DNA of 64,000 nucleotides from Candidatus Latescibacterota bacterium (GTDB taxonomy: Bacteria; Latescibacterota; UBA2968). The stretch covers positions 64,001 to 128,000 of the forward strand of contig OZ244960.1 in NCBI GenBank assembly GCA_965222605.1, given 5' to 3'. Of the stretch, positions 47,612-56,923 are shown piece by piece; within the stretch, counting starts at the first letter, position 1; each line of letters starts with the position of its first letter. The translations under genes were made by a program, and so were the position numbers. The notes beneath the pieces were generated by a model. The model had not been told where the DNA came from, did no database searches, and saw only the letters and a program-made list of their open reading frames with translations.

Positions 47612-47643
47612 TTATTACTGTACAAATCATCCCATTTTTGAGC

Positions 47644-47673
47644 AAGCCTCGCAGAATTCTCTGTGAGGCTTTT
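47644..47673. terminator. Bidirectional terminator
   Basis: AAGCCTCGCAGA-att-CTCTGTGAGGCTTTT between convergent genes. Confidence 0.7.
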
Positions 47674-48946
47674 ATTTTATCTCATCCAAACGCGTTCGGA
47701 ACCCGGGTAAAAAGGCTGTTACCAGGGCGGTTGCAACCATGGCGACACTGGTGTGTAAGCCGAGGGCGGTAGGCGCGCCATAGACTTCGGTGAGTTTGCC
47801 AATTTGCAGGCTGCCAAGCGGTCCTGCGCCAATCGCGAGGACAAGTGTACCCATAGCGCGATCTCTCATGTCATCGCGGGCAGCGATGAGCATAATTGAG
47901 CTTTGCATCACGCTAAAAAACGCATGCCCCAGGCCGGCAAGTATGAGGAGAAAGATGGCGAGTGGAAAGGCAACCGACGTGCCGAATAGGGTAAGCGCAC
48001 CAACCCAGGACGTGCTAAAGGCAAAGACAAACAGCGCGAGGGACTGAAAAACCGATCCAATGGAAAATATCCAGCCACGGCTGAGGCGCGAGCGCAACAC
48101 ACTGACCGCGTAAAGGCCGAAAAATGCACCAATACCATTGCACGCGCCCAGCACGCCGTATTCAAGTGGCCCTTTGTGGAGAATATCGTGTGTAAAAACG
48201 GGCAGGATGGTCTGGTAGGGAAACGCCAAAAAATTCATGATCACAGTAATGAGTAACGTCCCCATAATCGGCTGGCTGGTGCGTATGTATTGCAAGCCTT
48301 CGCGCATCAGCGTCCACGGAGAGGTTTTGAGAATCGCGGGATGACGCGGTACTTTGACGCGAAGCATGATCAGGAATGAGACGAGGGAGATGCAAAAAAT
48401 AGCGAGATAACAGTCCTGTACGCCAAATAAAGCATAAATATATCCACTTAAAAAGGGACCGACCACGCGAGCTATATTTTGGGTAAAGCTTTCGAGCATC
48501 ATCGCTTCAACCGTGCGCTGCTTACCAACAAGATCGGGTACCAGAGCGCGGCGAGCAGTCCAGTTGAGAGACCACGAGAGACCAAATAGCACTGCGCCAA
48601 TCGCAAGATGCCAGAATGCCAGTTGGTTGGTCCAGATCAGCATGCCAATTGTTGCGAGGACCAATACGCTGAGCCACTGCGAGAAAATCACGATGCGAAC
48701 GCGTCCAATGCGATTGATCAATGGCCCGGCGATAAAACCGATGAGCACCAGAGGAATAGATCGGTAAAATCCAATCAGCGCGACATCAAACGCAGAGTGG
48801 GTAATCTCAAAAACGAGCCATCCCACAACAATCATTTCCATCCACATAGCCTGCCACCAGAGCATATTGCTCAGAAGCAGATAGCGAAAGCCGCGATTGT
48901 CCAGGGGGGCAAGGGACCCTCGAAAGGTGATGACAAATTTTCCCAT
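47672..48946 (-). CDS. MFS transporter
   Basis: About 12 TM segments; ARRALVPDLV, ARVVGP and MRDRAMG motifs. Confidence 0.9.
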   Translation of the reverse strand: MGKFVITFRGSLAPLDNRGFRYLLLSNMLWWQAMWMEMIVVGWLVFEITHSAFDVALIGFYRSIPLVLIGFIAGPLINRIGRVRIVIFSQWLSVLVLATIGMLIWTNQLAFWHLAIGAVLFGLSWSLNWTARRALVPDLVGKQRTVEAMMLESFTQNIARVVGPFLSGYIYALFGVQDCYLAIFCISLVSFLIMLRVKVPRHPAILKTSPWTLMREGLQYIRTSQPIMGTLLITVIMNFLAFPYQTILPVFTHDILHKGPLEYGVLGACNGIGAFFGLYAVSVLRSRLSRGWIFSIGSVFQSLALFVFAFSTSWVGALTLFGTSVAFPLAIFLLILAGLGHAFFSVMQSSIMLIAARDDMRDRAMGTLVLAIGAGPLGSLQIGKLTEVYGAPTALGLHTSVAMVATALVTAFLPGFRTRLDEIK

Positions 48947-49037
48947 TCTTCTGATGTGCATGGCCGAGTTTCAAACCCAAAATAATCCAATATTCAGAGC
49001 GCGGAGGATATCATCTATCGCGACAGCCTCTGCTCTT

Positions 49038-49610
49038 TTACCGCCCAATTTCAAAATCACGCGCCACCGCCCGTGCCATAGTCACGAGCACATCGCCATC
49101 GATACGCACGCGATAATTGGGATTGATATATTGAAATTGGATCTTGCGATCGGGGGCGATAACAAAGACCGATGGCACGGGTAAAGCGCGTTTTCTATTA
49201 TTCATAAACGCAACGCCATAAGCCTTTGCTGCCTCAAATTCCACATCCGATAATAGCGTAAACTCGAGACCCACGCGATCGCGCACCTCAGCCAATTTTT
49301 CAGGCCGATCGGGCGCAATAGCAATAATTTCAAACCCCAAACTGTCCAACTGTGACTTCAGTTCCTGCAGTCGTCCCAACTGCCGTCGGCAATGCGGTCA
49401 CCAGTATCCGCGATAAAAAATCAAAATCGTCGGCTTTTTGTGCGCGCCCAGGTCAAGCTCTCGTCCATTCGCATCAGCGAGCGTCAGCGCGGGAACTTCA
49501 TCTCCAACCATCAGGGGCTGCACTTTATTGGGTGCATCGGGCAATTGCGCGTGCCCCCACCCAAAAGTACCAAACACCACCAGCAACGCGATCCAGATTA
49601 TTTTTTTCAT
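49038..49610 (-). CDS. Peroxiredoxin-like (AhpC/TSA) selenoprotein with UxxC motif
   Basis: The two track ORFs are in frame across TGA 49400-49398: FYRGYW-U-PHC-RRQL...PVPSVFVI; signal peptide; hairpin just downstream. Confidence 0.85.
49367..49383 (-). promoter_or_regulatory. Putative bacterial SECIS element
   Basis: GCAGTTG-GGA-CGACTGC stem-loop starting 15 nt after the UGA. Confidence 0.7.
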
Positions 49611-49639
49611 AAAGCCTCCTCTATATTACATAATAAACA

Positions 49640-51115
49640 TTACAATGAGAGAATCTTACTTATCTTTCCCGGCTGCGCCCAGTTGCATTTTCCCTCTCCG
49701 TTGAGTTGTCTCAACAAAATGGGAATACCTGGATGTTGCAGTGCAGAGCAAATCCGCTTCGCATCGGCCCTGTTCCAACAAGGGACAAACGCCTGCATAG
49801 CTTGATTCGCCTGCCACACCTGCCCCTCCGCGCTATTTAAGATCACCGGATGGAAATGGCTCTTGCCATAAGCCTCCCAAATAACCTTGTAAGGTGCAAA
49901 AGAATACGGGCCAACGCCGAGCAGCGACCACCAGACACCTTTGGCAATGGCAGATCGGATCAAGGTACCTCTCCGACCTTCAAGTTTGTCTCTAACCTCG
50001 GTGAGATAGTGTCTGAGTTCGGCATATTGCTCAATGCTAGCCCACGAAAGCGGTCGTCCTGTATTTCTATTATACGGAAGTAAAACCCATTTATGCGAGA
50101 CCATGTCTCCATTTTTCCATATCTCCTTTGTTGCAAGCGGAAAGAGAAATTCCCCAGGCAGATGCTTTGGCTTATCCTCGAACATGAAAATCGCATTTGC
50201 ACCACACGTATTCACGCCCTGGCGCGGTTTCTGGTCTGGAGACAGTTTGACTTTAATGGGGCTATCGAGATCCGCAGTATCTCCGTGTTGAAGAATCCGC
50301 CACTGATCGTCAGGTGACTTGAGAGGAACCGCACGGTGCTCGATCCAGTTCCCACTGCGCTCTCTGAAATACCTGACGGGGAATTTATGCGGCACATCCA
50401 TGCAAAACCTGACACAGCAATAAGATGTACCTACCCCTTCGAACACCTTTGTCGCGGTAAACTCACAGACCTCATCCACTGCAAATCTCCGACTGCTGGC
50501 AATGTAATCCCTGAATCCCCTGTGAGCATCACCAAAAAAAAGAGAAAGCGGCAGGTAAAAACATCCGACCCCGTCCTTCCGCAACAACTTGCCCAGAACG
50601 ACCTTCAACACCAGAGCCGCTATATCGGTGCGCGAGGAACCGAGAAGAACCTGTTTTTTATCGGGAACCAGGCCCTCTGAAGCAAAATAAGGTTTGAGTC
50701 TTCCTTTGTATGAATCGGACAAATTCGTGAAATTTGCCCACGGCGGATTGCCAAACAGGATATCGTACTCGGCATTCGGGGGATCTGTAATTACATCTAA
50801 AGCGAGAAGCTGCGATGAGGGGAAATCAATCTCAAATTTCTGACGCGCTTTAAGCTGAAACGCCTGAAGATGTGACGCATGGACCTCGATCAAACTCAAC
50901 CGGGAAAGAAGATCTGGCGACACCCGCACACCTCTCGCTCTGGCGAGACGGAACAGCGCGAACGCGAAAGCACCCTGTCCCGCAGTCGGGTCACAAATAG
51001 ACGCCCCCTCAATCCACGCATCGAAAATACCCCACCGCTCGATAAGCCATTCTGCCCATTTAAGCGGAGTAAAAATCTGTCCGACCTCAATACCGTGCAA
51101 ATTGCATACAGACAT
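49640..51115 (-). CDS. N6-adenine DNA methyltransferase (gamma motif order)
   Basis: GQIFTP, DPTAGQGAF (motif I), GNPPW (motif IV), C-terminal TRD-like region. Confidence 0.85.
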   Translation of the reverse strand: MSVCNLHGIEVGQIFTPLKWAEWLIERWGIFDAWIEGASICDPTAGQGAFAFALFRLARARGVRVSPDLLSRLSLIEVHASHLQAFQLKARQKFEIDFPSSQLLALDVITDPPNAEYDILFGNPPWANFTNLSDSYKGRLKPYFASEGLVPDKKQVLLGSSRTDIAALVLKVVLGKLLRKDGVGCFYLPLSLFFGDAHRGFRDYIASSRRFAVDEVCEFTATKVFEGVGTSYCCVRFCMDVPHKFPVRYFRERSGNWIEHRAVPLKSPDDQWRILQHGDTADLDSPIKVKLSPDQKPRQGVNTCGANAIFMFEDKPKHLPGEFLFPLATKEIWKNGDMVSHKWVLLPYNRNTGRPLSWASIEQYAELRHYLTEVRDKLEGRRGTLIRSAIAKGVWWSLLGVGPYSFAPYKVIWEAYGKSHFHPVILNSAEGQVWQANQAMQAFVPCWNRADAKRICSALQHPGIPILLRQLNGEGKCNWAQPGKISKILSL

Positions 51116-51353
51116 CCTTCTCAACCCATTCCAGTGCAGCGAGTTATGTCAAATATCTGACAACTGACCTTCAACTTAACCAAATACTGTCTTTGGATCC
51201 ATTTTTCCTTTGAAATCACATATCGCATTTATACACACCTGTTTGTCAAGATTCAATCCGATTATACCCGCCTGACAAACACCTGTCAACCGATTTGTGT
51301 CAATGAAACGCGTAAATATCTCATGCCATCGGTTATTCTCAACCTGTCCAGTT

Positions 51354-51394
51354 AAAAAAAGACGGCACTGGCAATATCCTTCACCAGTGCCGCC
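51354..51394 (-). terminator. Rho-independent terminator
   Basis: Minus strand CGGCACTGG...CCAGTGCCG followed by T7. Confidence 0.7.
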
Positions 51395-51611
51395 TTCGCA
51401 CGATTGGCACCCGGGGGTGGTACCAATCATGACAGAGAACCACTATTACTGACTATTAGTGACCTCTGTAACGGCTATGTTGTACGCACCGAGGTCCGTT
51501 TCATCTATTGCAACATGTGTGCCAATATGATTTGCTTCAAATAATTATATTTATAAGATATTATTTTTAATTGGGATAGAAGAAAAAATAAAAAAACTGA
51601 ATTTTATATAG

Positions 51612-51677
51612 TGCCTTTTTAGACGATACCTCGTCTTTTTTTCCCATACCTCGCCTTTTAGACGATACCTCGTCTTT
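51612..51677. repeat. Direct repeat of a palindromic unit
   Basis: GCCTTTT(T)AGACGA-tacc-TCGTCTTT occurs twice, with a partial third ATACCTCG between the copies. Confidence 0.7.
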
Positions 51678-51915
51678 AATGTTGAAGCTATGTTGGGAAT
51701 AGCCGGAACTGGAAGGTCGGCAAGTCGTCCTAAAGGGTAGCTAATCTTTCATAAAAGGAGAATTTCATGCATATACCTTTATTGCTTTAATCCACCCCGC
51801 TACCCCTGAGATGGACAGGATCAGGATACAGGTACCCGTGGTATTGTTCTCACTGCCCTCAATTTAGCGGATTACCGCAGCGCCCAGCCATTTAAAAAGA
51901 AAAGGGAATATTGGG

Positions 51916-52383
51916 ATGCAACAGAAATTCATGGGCAGAGCCATAGAGCTCTCGCGAGTTTATATGAGGGCGGGAGAAGGCGGCCCATTCGGTGCGGTTA
52001 TCGTCAAGGATGGAAGAATTATTTCGGAGGGGTATAATGAGGTGGTCTCCAGCAAAGACCCCACAGCCCATGCGGAGATCATGGCCATCAGAAAGGCGGC
52101 ATTCAAGCTCGACACCTTCCACCTCGTGGGATGCGAAATCTACACCAGTTGCGAACCCTGTCCCATGTGTCTCGCCGCCATCTACTGGGCCAGGATCGAG
52201 AAAATTTATTTCGCCAATACTGCTAAAGACGCCAGAAATATTGGCTTTGACGACAAAGCCTTTTACCGGGAATTGCAACTGCCGTGGGCCAAACGCCAAA
52301 TCCCCTCCCAGCAATTGCTACGCGACCAGGCGTTAGCGGTCTTCATGGAATGGCAGGAAAAGGTAGATCGCATTGAGTACTAG
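51916..52383 (+). CDS. Nucleoside/guanine deaminase (GuaD-like, CDA superfamily)
   Basis: GGPFGAV, DPTAHAE, SCEPCPMC and IGFDD motifs. Confidence 0.9.
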   Translation: MQQKFMGRAIELSRVYMRAGEGGPFGAVIVKDGRIISEGYNEVVSSKDPTAHAEIMAIRKAAFKLDTFHLVGCEIYTSCEPCPMCLAAIYWARIEKIYFANTAKDARNIGFDDKAFYRELQLPWAKRQIPSQQLLRDQALAVFMEWQEKVDRIEY

Positions 52384-52488
52384 AGCAACTTGAGAACTTT
52401 ACACTTTGCACATTCCCTCAAAAGCGATACTTTAAGCGAGAAACAGATGGGTTGAGCAGACTGACCACTGACCACTACTACTCACCGC

Positions 52489-53586
52489 ATGAATGATATT
52501 GTAATCTATTCTGCCACAAGCCTTTGCGCTGTGTACTTCATGTTGATCGCCATTTTTTTATTCGGCCTTTTTCGCAGATCGCGGCCATTAGATGCCCGGC
52601 GTCTATCTGTTTCCGTTGTTGTGCCTGCTCGCAATGAAGCCGCCAACATCGATGCGTGTTTGCAGGCATTGGCCACACAGACCTATCCTGACAACCTTCT
52701 GGAAATTATCGTCGTAGATGACCGCTCCACCGATGATACCGCCGCACGAATCGATCAATGGACGCGCCGTTTGCCCAACCTGAGTCGCGTATCTGTCACA
52801 CGGCAGAACTACGCTTGTCCCAAAAAAAATGCCCTGTGGCAGGGCATCAAACACGCGCGTGGAGATATTATTTTTACAACAGACGCCGATTGTCAGCCCG
52901 GGCCCAATTGGATAGCCTCAACCCTCGCTTACTTTGCGCCCGATGTCGGCATGGTCATCGGCTACGCCCCCCTCTTGAAAAGCGAAAAAGTCCTATCAGG
53001 CCTGCTATCTCTCCAGGCACTCATCGTCTCAACTCTCGCAGCAGGCAGCGCTGGCATTGGATTTTCGCTCACCTGTTCGGGGCGCAACATGGCCTACCGC
53101 AGAAAAGCTTTTGATGAGGTCAACGGCTTTAACGACATCGGCCATATCATCGGCGGCGACGATGTGTTGCTCATGCGGCAGGTCGCACAAAAAAGCGCGT
53201 GGAAAATTCGATTCAACTCAGACGCCGATGCATTTGTCCCCTCGGCATCTCATCCCGACAATCTCATCAATCGACAGGTGCGCTATCAATCTAAAACCAT
53301 CCACTACGGCATTCCCACCTTGATTCTGGCTCTTGCGGTGTATATATTCCATGTCATTCTGGCGACGCTGCCCATTCTGTTCTGGCTCAACGCAGAATTA
53401 TTTTATGCGGTCGGCTTTTGCCTGGCGATGAAAATAATCGCTGACGCCGCTTTTTTGCTCTTCGGCAGTATCCGGTTCAAAAGCCTGAAATTGCTCCTGT
53501 GGTTTCCTGTTCTCGAAATCCTGATCATTCCCTATATTGTCATCATCTGTGCGCTCGGCACATTTTCACCATTCAAATGGAAATAA
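52489..53586 (+). CDS. Membrane GT2 glycosyltransferase
   Basis: VPARNE, DDRSTD, TDADC and GDD motifs; QVRY in place of QxxRW; TM helices. Confidence 0.9.
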   Translation: MNDIVIYSATSLCAVYFMLIAIFLFGLFRRSRPLDARRLSVSVVVPARNEAANIDACLQALATQTYPDNLLEIIVVDDRSTDDTAARIDQWTRRLPNLSRVSVTRQNYACPKKNALWQGIKHARGDIIFTTDADCQPGPNWIASTLAYFAPDVGMVIGYAPLLKSEKVLSGLLSLQALIVSTLAAGSAGIGFSLTCSGRNMAYRRKAFDEVNGFNDIGHIIGGDDVLLMRQVAQKSAWKIRFNSDADAFVPSASHPDNLINRQVRYQSKTIHYGIPTLILALAVYIFHVILATLPILFWLNAELFYAVGFCLAMKIIADAAFLLFGSIRFKSLKLLLWFPVLEILIIPYIVIICALGTFSPFKWK

Positions 53587-53587
53587 T

Positions 53588-54646
53588 ATGTTATCAATCA
53601 AACTGCTGCCCGAAATCTTCGTGCGATACCATCGTGCAATCACACCCCGGCGGATATGGAATGCCTCAAAAGTAGTCGCGTCCTACGTCCTCTCCAATCT
53701 GTTTCGGCGGGATATTCGCATGGGCAAACCCTTTGTACTCATGGTCGAACCCACCAATTTCTGCAACCTCAAATGTCCGCTCTGTCCCTCTGGCAATGGC
53801 GACATGACCCGCGAGCGCGGTATTATGCCGTTTGAACACTTCAAGCATATCTTTGAGCAACAGGCCGATCACCTTCTGCTCCTCATGTTGTGGAATCAGG
53901 GCGAACCCTTTATCAACAAGCATCTCACCGACATGATCCGATTGGCCTCCGCGCACAATGTCCCCACACTGACCAGCACCAATGTCCACTACATCAAAAA
54001 CCGGGAAACTGCCCGAGATATCGTCGATTCCGGCCTGTCCGAACTCGTGGTTTCTCTGGATGGCGTCACACCCGAAAGCTATGTCAAATATCGCGTGGGA
54101 GGTAATTTTGATCGCGTGCTCAACGGCATCCGTCTGCTCGTTCAGGCCAAACGCGATCTGCAAAGCAACTATCCCCTGATCCACCTGCAATTCATCATCA
54201 TGAAACACAACGAGCACGAAATTGAAGCTGCGCGCAAACTCGCTCGGGATCTCTGCGTGGATCGCCTCTCGCTCAAAACAGCCCAGGTATATACCGAATC
54301 TGATGTAGAGACCTTCTTGCCTTCTGACGAAAAATTCAGCCGCTACGATTACGATGCAGACCATCTCGCGACCAAAAGCAAAATCAGCAACACCTGTCGG
54401 CATCTTTGGTACAGCACAGTCATCAATTGGGACGGCGCAGTATCGCCTTGTTGCTTTGACAAAGATGTTCACTACGGCCTCGGCGATGCCCTCAATGAAT
54501 CGGACTTCGACCAGATTTGGACCGGTCAAAAATACACGGACTTCCGCAATGCCATCCTCAAAGACCGCAAATCTGTCCCAATATGCAACAACTGTTCAGA
54601 AGGCGTAAAAGGCATGTTTTACGATATAGAAAAGGTCGAGCACTGA
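53588..54646 (+). CDS. Radical SAM protein with SPASM/twitch domain
   Basis: CNLKCPLC, QGEP, C-terminal C...PCC...CNNC. Confidence 0.9.
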   Translation: MLSIKLLPEIFVRYHRAITPRRIWNASKVVASYVLSNLFRRDIRMGKPFVLMVEPTNFCNLKCPLCPSGNGDMTRERGIMPFEHFKHIFEQQADHLLLLMLWNQGEPFINKHLTDMIRLASAHNVPTLTSTNVHYIKNRETARDIVDSGLSELVVSLDGVTPESYVKYRVGGNFDRVLNGIRLLVQAKRDLQSNYPLIHLQFIIMKHNEHEIEAARKLARDLCVDRLSLKTAQVYTESDVETFLPSDEKFSRYDYDADHLATKSKISNTCRHLWYSTVINWDGAVSPCCFDKDVHYGLGDALNESDFDQIWTGQKYTDFRNAILKDRKSVPICNNCSEGVKGMFYDIEKVEH

Positions 54647-54653
54647 TAAAACT

Positions 54654-55775
54654 ATGGATATCGTCCTTCCCTTATTGCTGCTCTTTACAGTTCTCTACAC
54701 CCTCGTCGCGCTGTGTTTTTTTTTCGGATTATTCCGCCTGAACAACCAGCCACGCACTGCTAAAACGCCATTTATATCTATCGTTATTGCCGCGCGCAAT
54801 GAAGCGGATTATATCGGCAAATGCCTCGATTCCCTAAAACAACAGACCTATCCATCCGACCGATTTGAAATCCTCGTCGTTGACGACGACTCGACAGATA
54901 ATACATCCCAAATTGTCGCCTCCACGCACCTGGACAATCTCCGCCTTTTGTCAGTCGATAATAGCTTTCCAAAAATGGCGGCAAAAAAACGTCCGATGTC
55001 CGTTGGCATTCACCGCGCGCGGGGCGAATGGATCCTCACCACCGATGCCGACTGCACAGTGCCACCTACCTGGGTCGCCAGCATGGCGTCTTATATGGCG
55101 GCTGATATCGGCGTTGTCATAGGATTTTCGCAACTTAAAATGACTTCACGCTCATTTTTCAACCGCTTGCAGGCTTATGATTTTCTCACTCTCATGGCGG
55201 CGGCGGCTGGTGCTGCCGGATTGGGCATGCCTCTTGCTGCTTCGGGACAAAATTTCGCTTATCGTAAATGTCTCTTTGAAAAAGTGGGCGGTTTCCGCGA
55301 CATCGCACACCGCCCGTCTGGCGATGATGTGCTATTGCTCCAGTTGCTGCGCCAGGCATGGGATGGGCGCATCGCTTTTGCCGCTGATCCCGGCGCTTAT
55401 GCAACCACCCATCGCCCAGAAACACCGTCATCGCTGTGGCAGCAACGCAAACGGTGGGCATCTAACGCCGCGTATCAACTGCGTCTCAACCCCATTTTTT
55501 TTTCTTATATTGCGGTGGTCTTTTTCATCAACGTGCTCATCCCCGCTGCTTTTGTCATCTCAATAACAGATGGCACATATACACTACCTCTGATCTGCTG
55601 GGGCGCGAAAATACTGGTAGATCTACTCGTGGTGGGAAAAGGCATCCATACCTTCAAGCGCATTGACCTGCTCATCATGTTTCCATTCTGGGAGATCGTG
55701 CAAATCCCCTACACCATTCTCATCGGCCTCGCGGGAACCCTGCGTGGATTCGCGTGGAAAGGCCGAGAACATTGA
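54654..55775 (+). CDS. Membrane GT2 glycosyltransferase
   Basis: AARNE, DDDSTD, TDADC, SGDD and QRKRW motifs. Confidence 0.9.
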   Translation: MDIVLPLLLLFTVLYTLVALCFFFGLFRLNNQPRTAKTPFISIVIAARNEADYIGKCLDSLKQQTYPSDRFEILVVDDDSTDNTSQIVASTHLDNLRLLSVDNSFPKMAAKKRPMSVGIHRARGEWILTTDADCTVPPTWVASMASYMAADIGVVIGFSQLKMTSRSFFNRLQAYDFLTLMAAAAGAAGLGMPLAASGQNFAYRKCLFEKVGGFRDIAHRPSGDDVLLLQLLRQAWDGRIAFAADPGAYATTHRPETPSSLWQQRKRWASNAAYQLRLNPIFFSYIAVVFFINVLIPAAFVISITDGTYTLPLICWGAKILVDLLVVGKGIHTFKRIDLLIMFPFWEIVQIPYTILIGLAGTLRGFAWKGREH

Positions 55776-55789
55776 TATAGAGGTACCTT

Positions 55790-56911
55790 ATGACCGCCAA
55801 AATCCTTTTCTGTCTCCTCAGCCTGCTGCTCGCCCTGCCGTCCCATGCACAACGCCCGCGTGCCCGGGATCTGGGCATTGAAATTGGCACATTGCCCACG
55901 GGACAATACAACGCCATCACCGATGTCAAAGGCGTTCTTGTGGGTCACATTACCTTAATCGAAGGCAGCGGCAAACTCGTCGTGGGCAAAGGTCCCGTGC
56001 GAACGGGTGTCACAGCCATCGTTCCGCACGACGAGGACATCTATCGAAATAACGTATTCGCCGCAGCCGAAGCCCTCAATGGTAACGGTGAAATGACGGG
56101 CATGGCCTGGATTAACGAACGCGGACAACTCGAAGTGCCCGTTGTACTTACGAATACGCTCTCTGTGGGCGAAGGCTACAGCGGCGTAGTCGCATACATG
56201 CTCAAACAGAGTGCGGGACGGGTCCCCCTGCCCGTGGTCGCCGAATGTTACGACGGCGGCCTCAATGATATTGCCGGGCGACACGTCACGGTTGATCACG
56301 TTGTCGAAGCGATTGAAACCGCAAAAAGCGGCGCAGTGCCCGAAGGCTCGGTCGGTGCAGGCACGGGAATGCGCGCATATCAGTTCAAAGCAGGCATCGG
56401 CACGGCCTCGCGCGTTGTCCCAGATGGACATACCGTAGGCGTGCTCGTCAATGCCAACTGTGGACGCAGACCGAAACTTACCATTGCCGGCGTTCCCGTA
56501 GGACGCGAATTACCCGTTCAGGCCTCCCCCACGCGCGATGGATCAATCATTGTGGTCATAGCCACGGATGCCCCTCTGGTGCCACATCAATTGCGCCGCC
56601 TGTGCAAACGCGCTGCCCTGGGCATTGGTCGCACGGGCACTGTTTCCCGCACCAGCAGTGGTGATTTTGCCATTGCCTTTTCAACCGCCTATCGCCTATC
56701 TCGCTCCCGTGCCGACCGCGATACAATTACCACACTACGCGATGGCCGGCTAAACGCTATTTTCCAGGCCACCATTGAAGCCACCGAAGAAGCCATTGTC
56801 AACGCCATGTGCGTGGCAGAACCCATGACGGGCCGAGACAACCGCACAATGCCCGCTTTGCCGCATGACAAATTGATCGAAGTGCTTCAAAAATACGGTC
56901 GCATAAAATAA
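55790..56911 (+). CDS. DmpA/P1-family aminopeptidase, secreted
   Basis: NAITDV.GV.VGH, RTGVT, EGSVGAGTGM, GS/IIVVIATDAP and SGDF motifs. Confidence 0.9.
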   Translation: MTAKILFCLLSLLLALPSHAQRPRARDLGIEIGTLPTGQYNAITDVKGVLVGHITLIEGSGKLVVGKGPVRTGVTAIVPHDEDIYRNNVFAAAEALNGNGEMTGMAWINERGQLEVPVVLTNTLSVGEGYSGVVAYMLKQSAGRVPLPVVAECYDGGLNDIAGRHVTVDHVVEAIETAKSGAVPEGSVGAGTGMRAYQFKAGIGTASRVVPDGHTVGVLVNANCGRRPKLTIAGVPVGRELPVQASPTRDGSIIVVIATDAPLVPHQLRRLCKRAALGIGRTGTVSRTSSGDFAIAFSTAYRLSRSRADRDTITTLRDGRLNAIFQATIEATEEAIVNAMCVAEPMTGRDNRTMPALPHDKLIEVLQKYGRIK

Positions 56912-56923
56912 ACGAGGTGATCT

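Noticed and set aside
51176-51530. Cys-rich 84-aa ORF and an FGE-like TEVTNSQ peptide
   Set aside because: The ORF spans a terminator hairpin and has no RBS; the peptide match is too short to distinguish from chance.
51690-51915. Purine or guanidine riboswitch upstream of the deaminase
   Set aside because: No recognisable consensus motifs by eye; an Rfam/Infernal search would be needed.
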